Source of the DNA: the human T2T-CHM13v2.0 reference genome, Homo sapiens
Direction: 5' to 3' (one strand)
NCBI RefSeq assembly: GCF_009914755.1
Contig: NC_060938.1
DNA: 64,000 nucleotides
Below, in pieces: positions 55,039 through 64,000 of the stretch (its first letter is position 1; each line of letters opens with the position of its first letter). The notes below the pieces were generated by a model. It was given only the letters and a program-made list of their open reading frames with translations, did no database searches and was not told the origin of the DNA. A program made the translations under genes and the position numbers.

Positions 55039-58000
55039 GATTTTGGTACCAGGAATGGTTCTGCAGGAACAGAATATTAAGGTTGGAGTTCTTTTGTTGG
55101 TTTTGGGGTTTCTGGATTTGGCTGCTAAATATGATTAGATCCCAAAATGCTAAGGACTCTACTTTTAATAGTGTAGAGAACATTGACAGTTCTTGGCATG
55201 AAAGGTTTAAAGAGCTATGCAAAACAAATTCATTCGACACTAATGAATCATCGCTCGTGAGAGGCAAGGAGTTTAGTGACTCTGTACCTAATACCCTTGA
55301 CAAACACCTTGCAAAATAGATTTGTGAGGAGAGCGCCTGCATCTTTGAAGAGCCCTGTAAAGGCTCTTCTCTGTATGTCAGTTCTAATGGTGAGAACTGC
55401 AGTCACTCAGTTACAAAAGTTAAATACAATTTGGAATAATTGGATCCTGAAGTGGCAGGGGCCAAGTGGTAGCACTCAACCCTCAAAGGCATGGTGGGTG
55501 TAGCTACCGTAATGGGCAGAAAAGACAAAGCAGCAATCTGAACAGTCTGACTCATGTAGAGCTCTGGCATTGGCTAACTAATCACAGTGTTCCTAGAAGT
55601 GAAACTGACAGGAAAACTAATGCATTCCTACTTAATTTATGTAAGGAGGAAACTTAAGGTCAAACAGATAAAAGACTAATTGGAATTATAAAAACAGAGA
55701 TTCATGGCCCCTCAATCAATTTCCAGCCTTGAGCCAGTTTACAGACCCAGAACCCCTTGAATGAAGGGGAGGCTGGGTCCCCCTGAGGTGTCCATGGCAG
55801 ATAGGAATGCTGCTTTGAGGCTTTGGCAGGCCTCTATAGGTGAATCATGGTGCAGTCCTCTAGTATTTTGCAGCAAGGCGTGGTCATCTTCTCCAGTTAA
55901 CTACTCTCCTTTTGAGAGACAGCTCTTGTCTTATACTGGGCTTTTGTGGAAACTGAACATTTGACTATGAGTCAACAAGTCACCACGCGACCTGAACTGC
56001 CTATCGTGAACTGGGTGCTTTCTGACTCATGTAGCCATAAAGTGGGTCATGCACAGCAGCATTGCATCATCAAATGGAAATGGTGTATAAGTGATTGGGC
56101 TCAAGCAGGTCCTGGGGGGCACAAGTAAGTTACATGAGGAAGTGGCTCAAATGCCCACCCTGCCACCCTGCTTTCTCTCCCATGGCCTGCACTGATGACC
56201 TCATGGGGACTTGCCTTTGAGCAGTTAACACAGGAAGGGAGGACTAGGGTCTGGTTCACAGATGGTTCTCCACAATAGGCAGGTACCGCCCAAAAGTGGA
56301 CAGCTGAAGCACTACAGCCCCTTTCTAGGACATCCCTGAAGGAGAGTGGTGAAGGAAAATCTTCCCAGTGGGCAGAACATTGAGCAGTGCACCTGATTGT
56401 GCACTTTGCATGGAAGGAGAAATTTCCAGATGTGCGGTTATATACTGATTCATGGGCTGTAGCCAATGGTTTGGCTGGATGGTCAGGGACTTGGAAGAAG
56501 CATGATTGGAAAATTGGTGACAAAGAAACTTGGAGAAAGAGTATGTAGATGGACCTCTCTGAGTGGTCAAAAACTGAAGATATTTGTACCCTGTGTGAGT
56601 GTTGACCAACAAGTGACTTCAGGAGAGGAGGATTTTGATAATCAAGTGGATAAGATGACCCGTTCTGTGGATACCACTCAGCCTCTTTCCTCAGACACCC
56701 CTGTCATTGTCCAATGAGACCATGAACATAGTGGCCATGGTGTCAGGGATGGAGGCTATGCATGGATTCAGCAATGTGGACTTCCACTCACCAAGGCTGA
56801 ACTGTCTGTGGCCACTGCTGAGTGCCCAATTTGCCAGCAGCAGCAGAGACTAACAGTGAACTCTTTGTATGGCATCATTCCCTGGGGTGATCGACCAGCT
56901 ACCCGGTGACAGGTTGATTATATTGGACCTCTTCCACCATGGAAAGGAGAGAGGTTTGTCCTCATTGGAACAGGCACTTACTCCGGATATGAGTTTACCT
57001 ACCTGCATGCAATGCTTCTGCCAAGACTACTATTTATGGACTCAAGGAATGCCTTATCCACTATCACGGTATTCCACACAGCATTACCTCTGACCAAGCA
57101 CTCACTTTACAGGTGAAGAAGTGAGGCAATGGGCTCACGTTCACGGAATTCACTGGTCTTACCATATTCACCATCTTCCTGAAGCATCTGGATTGATAGA
57201 ATGGTGGGACGGCCTTTTGAGGTCGCGATTACAACGTCAACTAGGTTACAATACTTGGCCGGGCCGGGGCACCATACTCCAGAAGACCATGTGTGCTCTG
57301 AATCAGCGCCCAACCTATGGTATTGTTTCTCCCATAGCCAGTATTCACAGATCCAGGATTCAAGGGGTGGATGTGAAAGTGGAACCACTCACTATGATGC
57401 ACTAGCAAAATGTTTGCTTTCTGTTCCCACGACATTAGGTTCTGCTTTACTAGTCATCTTAGCTCCAGAGGGAAGAACGTTGCTACCAGGAGACACAATA
57501 AGGATTCCATTAAACTGGAAGTTAAGATGGCCACTTGGACGCTTTGGGGTCCTCCTACCTTTAAGTCAACAAGCTAAGAATGGAGTTACAGTGTTGGCGG
57601 CAGTGATTGACCCAGACTATCAAGATGAAGTCAGTCCACTACTCCACAACGGAAGTGAGGAAGAGTATGCATGGAATATAGGAGATCCATTAGGGCATCT
57701 CTTGGTATTATCATGCACTCTGATTAAGTTAAATGGGAAACTATACCCAATCCAGGTAGGACTACAAATGGTCCAGATCCTCTCCGGGTCACGACCTGCT
57801 GAGCTGCTTGCTGAAGGCAAAGGGAATACAGAATGAATAGTGGAAGAAAGTAGTTATCAATACCAGCTACGACCACCTGACCAGCTGCAGAAATGAGGAC
57901 TGGAACTATCATGAGTATTTCCTTCTTCTTTTGTTAAAAACATGTTTGTGCATGTATGCACTTGTACTAAGAAAATATCTTCATTTCATTTCCCTTTTCT

Positions 58001-58213
58001 TTATCAGGTGACATAGATTTGCTCACCTCATATCAGCATTTAAGTATTGTTTACTTTATGTAATAGTATTTGGGTTGGGGATTGGTGCATTTCCAGTTGT
58101 AGGAAGGATAGTTTATTATGTTGGGGTAATTATGACCTAACTATTGTCTGTATTTTAAGATTATGTATGATCTCAGGAGATGTGCGTGGGTTCAAGTTCA
58201 CAAGGGGTGGGCT
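55039..58213 (+). mobile_element. HERV-L internal region, internally deleted (gag remnant, RNase H, integrase, dUTPase; all interrupted)
   Basis: Starts gattttggtaccagga; RNase H WFTDGS at 56252; YTDSWAVANGLAGW; integrase CPICQQ and QVDYIGPLP; dUTPase-like ...IPLNWKLR...VIDPDYQDE in ORF 57201-57836; purine-rich aaggggtgg before the 3' LTR. Confidence 0.88.
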
Positions 58214-59131
58214 TATGATGGTTTATAATGAGTGTCAACTTGATTGGATTGAAGGATGTAAAGTATTCATCCTGGGTGTGTCTGTGAGGGTGTTGCCAAA
58301 AAAAGATTAACATGTGAGTCAGTGGGCTGGGAAAGGCAGACCCACCCTTAATCTGTGTGGGCACAATCCAATCAGCTGCCAACCCAGCCATACTATAAGC
58401 AGGCAGAAAAATGTGAAAAGAGACGGGCCTCGCCTCCCAGCCTACATCTTTCTCCCATGCTGGATGCTTCTTGCCCTCGAACATGGACTCCAAGTTCTTC
58501 AGTTTTGGAACTCTGGCTGGCTCTTTTTGCTCCTCATCCAGCAGATGGCCTATTGTGAGACTTGGTGATTGTGTGAGTTAATACTTAATAAACTTCCTGT
58601 ATTAGACAGTGACATCTAGAGGGACAGAACTAACAGGATATATACATATATATATACACACACACATACATATATATATGCACACACACACACACATATA
58701 TATATTTATTTATAAAGGGGAGTTTATTAACTTACAGGATCATAAGTTACACAATGGGCTGTCTGCAAACTGATGAGAAAGGAGAGCCATGGAGTCCAAT
58801 GTTTGAGGGCAGGAAGAAACCAGCATGGGAGAAAGATGTAGGCTGGGAGGCTAGGCCAGTCTCTCCTTTTCAAATTTTTCTGCCTGATTTATATTTGCTG
58901 GCAGCAGATTAGATTGTGCCCACCAGATTAAGGGTGGGTCTGCCTTCCCCAGCCCACTGACTCAAATGTTAATCTCTTTCGGCAACACTCTCACAGACAC
59001 ACCCTGGATCAATACTTCATATCTCTCAATCCTATCAAGTTGACACTCATTATTAACCATGTCACTCCCTTTCATATATATATGTATATAGTCCTTTAAT
59101 TCTGTCACTCTAGAGAACCCTGACTAATACA
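58214..59131 (+). mobile_element. MLT2A-like 3' LTR of HERV-L, split by an inserted LTR
   Basis: 58214-58597 (tatgatggttta...aataaacttcc) resumes at 59065-59131 (ctccctttcatatat...agagaaccctgactaataca). Confidence 0.82.
58598..59064 (-). mobile_element. Inverted MLT2A-like solo LTR inserted in the 3' LTR
   Basis: tgtattag...ctagagggacagaactaa...aagttgacactcattattaaccat is the reverse complement of an MLT2 LTR; degenerate TSD cttcc/ctccc. Confidence 0.82.
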
Positions 59132-59399
59132 TCTACACTTCTGATGATCTATTTCTTTTATTTTAGGTCATTTATTTCCCCTGGGTTGCCTACACTCGCT
59201 TCTTCCCACTCCCCTATGAAGGACAATATAAGCCTCTGGACCTCACTAGGTCAGGGCATGTCCCTGCTTGCACTATCCATGACACTTTCCTCTTTTACTC
59301 TTTAGCAATGAGGTAATGTCATCCTTACCCAGATGCCAGCCAACTGTCTCACATCCAGGACAGAGAGTCTCCATCTCCTCTCCAGCAAATAACCATGTA

Positions 59400-59540
59400 T
59401 GTGTGCATGGTGGCATGCCCCTGTGATCCCAGCTACACCATAGGCTTAGGGGGGAGAATCACTTGTGCTTCAGAATTCAAGGTTGCAATGAGCCATGATC
59501 ACACCACTGCATTTCATGCTGGGTAACAGAGAGACCCTGT
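59400..59540 (+). mobile_element. Old Alu right-arm fragment (AluJ/FRAM-like)
   Basis: catggtggcatgcccctgtgatcccagctac...aggttgcaatgagccatgatcacaccactgca...gagaccctgt. Confidence 0.65.
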
Positions 59541-59657
59541 GATTTTTCCCCTACATTTTACAGAATTTTTTTTTGCCTCTTTCTTCTATTAATTTATGTT
59601 TTGTCCATTCATTTTCTGCAAACATTTAGAGGGCAAATAGGAAGTTTCCCTTTATAA

Positions 59658-59989
<332 letters not shown>

Positions 59990-62107
59990 TTAAAGGCGTG
60001 TTCAGCAGTTTCTTTGTTATTTCAAAGAGTGGCATCTGCTTCAGCAGGGTCAGTTTTTAATGTGTTTGTTTTGTTTCTTTTTTCTCTGTCTGGTGTTCTT
60101 TTCTATTTTATTATAATTTTTTAAATTTGAGGGATGAGGTTTTCATAGTACTGAATATCAAACAATGAATCCGCATGAATGATTCACCTAATTTCCGTGG
60201 TTTTAGTCCTCTATACAGGTTTTATATAGCAAAAGAACCATTTAAAGACTTGGGTTACAAATGCATTTTATTTTACCTCTGGCATGCCTTGGGCTGAGAA
60301 AGCATTATATGGTGGCACAATATTTGTAACATTCTCATAGCCATCTGGTGGTGGTTCGAGGTATGACGTTTTGAAAATCTAGCAAGAATTAAAAATATGT
60401 CAAGTTAGAGAGAATAATTCCAGATTATTATTAAGATATAATTCATTTTGCCCCAAGTATATACTTCAGATTAAGCATCCTGGAACTAGGTTCTATAATT
60501 AAATAGATAAATTACACTGACAACAATGAGAAAGGGCCTTATCATTATTATTGTCTTCCTAATAATAGAAACTTTTATAAATGCATGCAATCCCAGGTAA
60601 CCAAAACTTTCCTTATAAAGTGTAACAGCAGAGCTTCAAAGGTGGCACTTTGGCAATCCTCTTTTTTTGACTATGCCTTTTCAGCTTCGTTTGTGGGCTC
60701 CTTTTCTTTCATCTTTATTTAAATAATATTTCCCTATGTTTTATCCCCAGCCCATTGCTTGCCTCTGTACTGCCTCCCTGCGAGACTTCATTAAGTATCA
60801 GAATTTTACCAATAGCTCATATGCTTATGATGCTTACCTTTTCAGATTCGTATATTTAAATGTTTTGTGGTTATTTCATCCTGGATGTCCAAACTCAACA
60901 TGTTAAAATTCAAATTTATCATCTCTCACCCCGGGCCTGCTTTTGGTCTGCATTACCTACCTCTATTAATAGCTTCAGTCATTAGCCACCGACACCAGAC
61001 AGTCTCGGAGTCATCCTGAACTCTATCTTCCCCTCCTTCCCCAAGTCAATCACTAATCAAGTCCTGCTAATACATTTCCTTACTATTTCTGAAATCCATC
61101 CGTCTTCCTCATTCCTACTAACATCCTAATTTAAAACTTTATTATCTTTTACCTGGACTATTGTCTTAAGACAACAACTTTAACCCGTTGCTTAGCCTAG
61201 GTGTAATCCACAGAGGATCTTGTCTGTCTAAAATGCCCCTCTAGCCACATCCTTCCCCTGCTCAGATCTTGTCATTGGCTCCCATGAACTGAAGTTGAAG
61301 TTTAAGCTCCTTAGGACAGCATACACGCCCTTCTATGATATGTTCCCAGAACATATTTACTGGTTTATCTCATACCATGGCCCACTTTGTATTTTACACT
61401 TTTGAAATACAGAAAGTCATTACATTCTACCAATAATACTAAGATAGTATATGCCTAAAAGCCTTTGGCAATATTTTGTCTTTTGTTGAGAATTCTCTTA
61501 GCTTATTTTGTCACGTGTTTAACTCCTTATGTCCTTTCATGACTCACATGTCAAGACTTCAGGAAACCTTCTCTAACTCCCAGGCTGGGCTGAGTGACCC
61601 TTTTCTGGGTAAGTAATGAACTCTAATCATACTCTTCATAGCACTTACCATACTAATTTGAAGTCTGAAGTATTCCATTGTCTGCCTCACTTTACTTAGA
61701 CAAAGGAACCATGTCCTAGTCTCATTCTGGCCTCAGGACTTCAGCCTGGGCGACAGTGGGAGACTGTGTGTCAAAAAAAATTGCTAATGATTGAAGCCTA
61801 ATACTGAAGATTCTGGTTTATTAATAATTAGTCTGGGTGTTAATTGAGCTCCCCAAGTGATTACTCATGTAGGACTTCAAACCAATAATTTAGAACCTTG
61901 TGACTCAAAATCTGGGCAAAAATAAGCAGCATCAGTATCACCTGGGAGCAGCTTCAGGTCTCACTTTAGATTTACTCTGAATCGAAATATTATATTTTTA
62001 TTAAAAAAATTAAGAACAGATGACAAGCTTCAACTACATCTAAATTCTTTAGATTTACTTTAAAAGAATCAACATTTTGACAAAATACCAAAGTGAACTA
62101 AATTTGC

Positions 62108-62409
62108 TTTTTTTTTTTTTTTTTTTGAGACAGAGTCTTGCTCTGTTGCCCAGGCTGGAGCGCAGTGGTGCAATCTCAGCTCACTGCAACTTCCACCTCT
62201 CCAGTTCAAGCGATTATCTTGCCTCGGCCTCCAAAGTAGCTGGGATTACAGGCACATGCCATCATGCCCAGCTAATTTTTGTATTTTTAGTAGAGACAGT
62301 GTTTCACAATGTTGGGTCAGCTGGTCTCGAACTCCTGACCTCAAGTGATCTGCCCGCCTCGGCCTTCCAAAGTGCTAAGATTATAGACATGGGCCACCAT
62401 GCCTAGCCT
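62108..62409 (-). mobile_element. AluS (Sx/Sz-like)
   Basis: Poly(T)...ctcctgacctcaagtgatctgcccgcc; TSD ctaaatttgcttt on both sides. Confidence 0.9.
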
Positions 62410-62529
62410 AAATTTGCTTTAATTTGGAGAAATACTGGTCTAGAAAACACAAATTCCAAGGAGACTGAGGTTCTTAAGTTGATTTCTTGAGTACAAGTCC
62501 TTCAAATGCATTCTCCAAGATTTTTTTTT

Positions 62530-64000
62530 TTAATTTTTAAATTGACAAAGATTATACATATTCATGGCTATATGGGGATGTTTCAGTACATGTAGATGGT
62601 GATCAGATCAGGGTAATTAGCATATCTATCATCTCAAACATTTATTATTTCTTTGTGTTGGGAACATTCAAACTACTCCTAGGTATTTTAAACTACATAA
62701 TATAGTATTGTTAACTATAGTCATCTACAGTACTATAGAACACTAGAACTTATTACTCCTACCTAGCTGTAATTTTGTATCCATTAACAAATATCTTACT
62801 ATTCCTCCTTTCTCCCTACCCTTTTCAGCCTGCATTATCCTCTGTTCTACTTTTTACTTCTATGAGATCAGCTTTTTTTTAGCTTCTGCGTGAGTGAGAA
62901 CATGTGGTGTTGAAATTTCTATTCCTGGCTTATTTTGCTTAACATAATATTCTCCAGTTCCATCCAAGTTGCTGAGAATGACAGGATTTTATTTATTCTT
63001 TTTTATGGCTAAATAGCATTCCGTGGTGTATATATACCATATTTTAAAAATCCATTCCTCTGTTGTTGGAAACCTAGGTTGATTCCATATCTTGGCTATT
63101 GTGAACACTGTTGCAATAAACATGGGGGATGTAGATGTCTCTGCAATATAATGCTTTTCTTTCCTTTGGATAAATTCCCAGTAGTGGGATTGCTTGAGGT
63201 GTTTCAATACTGTTCTCCATACTGGCTGCACTAATTTACATTCCTACCAACAGTGCATAAGAGTTCCTTTTTCTTCAGCTACTCAGGAGGCTGAGGGAGG
63301 AGAACTATTTGAACCCTAGAAGCAGAGGGAGCCAGATTACACCACCACTGCACTCCAGCCTGGACAGAGAGTGAGATTCTGTCAAAAAAAGGTCCCTTTT
63401 CTTCACGTCTTTGTCAGCATTTGTTATTTTTGTCTCTTCTATAATAGCCATCCTAACTGGAGTAAGATGATGCCTCACTGTGGCTTTGATTAGCATTTCC
63501 TTGCTGATTAGTGGTGTTGAACATTTTTTCATATATTTGTTGGTCATTTGTATGTCTTCTTTTGAGAAATGTCTGTTCAGAGCATTTGTTTATATTTAAT
63601 TAGATTGTTGTGCTTCTTTGCTGTTGATATGTTTGAATTCCTTGTATATTCTTGATATTAATTTCCTGCCAGATGAGTTTATATTTTCTCCCATTCTGTA
63701 GGTTGTCTTTTCACTCACTTTATTATTTCCTTTGCTGTGCAGAAGATTTTTAGCTTGATGTGATCCCATTTGTTTATTTTTTCTTTTGTTGCCTGTGCTT
63801 TTGATGCCTTATTCATAAAATATTTTCCCAGAGCAATGTCCTGAAGGATCTCCCCTATGTTTTCTTCTAGTAGCTTTACCATTTTGGGTCTTATATTTGG
63901 GTATTTGAGGTACTTTGAGTTGATTTTTGTATAGGGTGAGAGGCAGAGGTCTAGTTTCATTCTTCTGCATATGGATATCCAGTTTTTCCAGCACCATTTA
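62530..64000 (-). mobile_element. L1MA-like element (3' UTR and ORF2 C-terminal part), runs off window end
   Basis: Minus-strand ORF remnants [41 protein letters not shown]; L1MA-type 3' end gatcagatcagggtaattagcatatc. Confidence 0.9.
63276..63390 (+). mobile_element. 5'-truncated Alu fragment inserted in the L1MA
   Basis: cagctactcaggaggctgagg...cactgcactccagcctgg...aaaaaaa; degenerate TSD gttcctttttcttca / ggtcccttttcttca. Confidence 0.75.

Noticed and set aside
57201-57836. 211-aa ORF as a domesticated dUTPase gene
   Set aside because: Only part is dUTPase-like, the N-terminus is out-of-frame integrase sequence, and the surrounding pol has many stops.

Overview
Primate, most likely human, genomic DNA with the signature of a pericentromeric segmental-duplication mosaic. 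I find no intact protein-coding gene. From left to right: (1) a ~1.9 kb CpG-rich (GCCGCGGCTTTTTGCCCC)n array (GGGCAAAAGCCG-type on the minus strand); (2) a non-processed KSR1 exon-1 pseudogene fragment with a lost ATG, a frameshifting deletion and a retained splice donor; (3) a ~1.3 kb (GAAAT/GAT)n satellite-like tract; (4) ~38 kb of AT-rich, apparently gene-free DNA full of old L1M, MaLR/ERV LTRs, Tigger/MER elements and Alus; (5) a second copy of the GC-rich array; (6) a block carrying an immunoglobulin kappa V1 orphon pseudogene (mutated octamer, both ATGs lost, open V exon, intact 12-RSS), an internally deleted HERV-L provirus whose 3' LTR is split by an inverted MLT2 LTR, and an L1MA fragment. 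Most long ORFs in the supplied track are artefacts of low-complexity repeats. I do not see a convincingly new biological system. The most interesting signal is architectural: repeat arrays sit at the apparent junctions between duplicated gene fragments. Repeat subfamily names come from recalled consensus sequences and need RepeatMasker confirmation.
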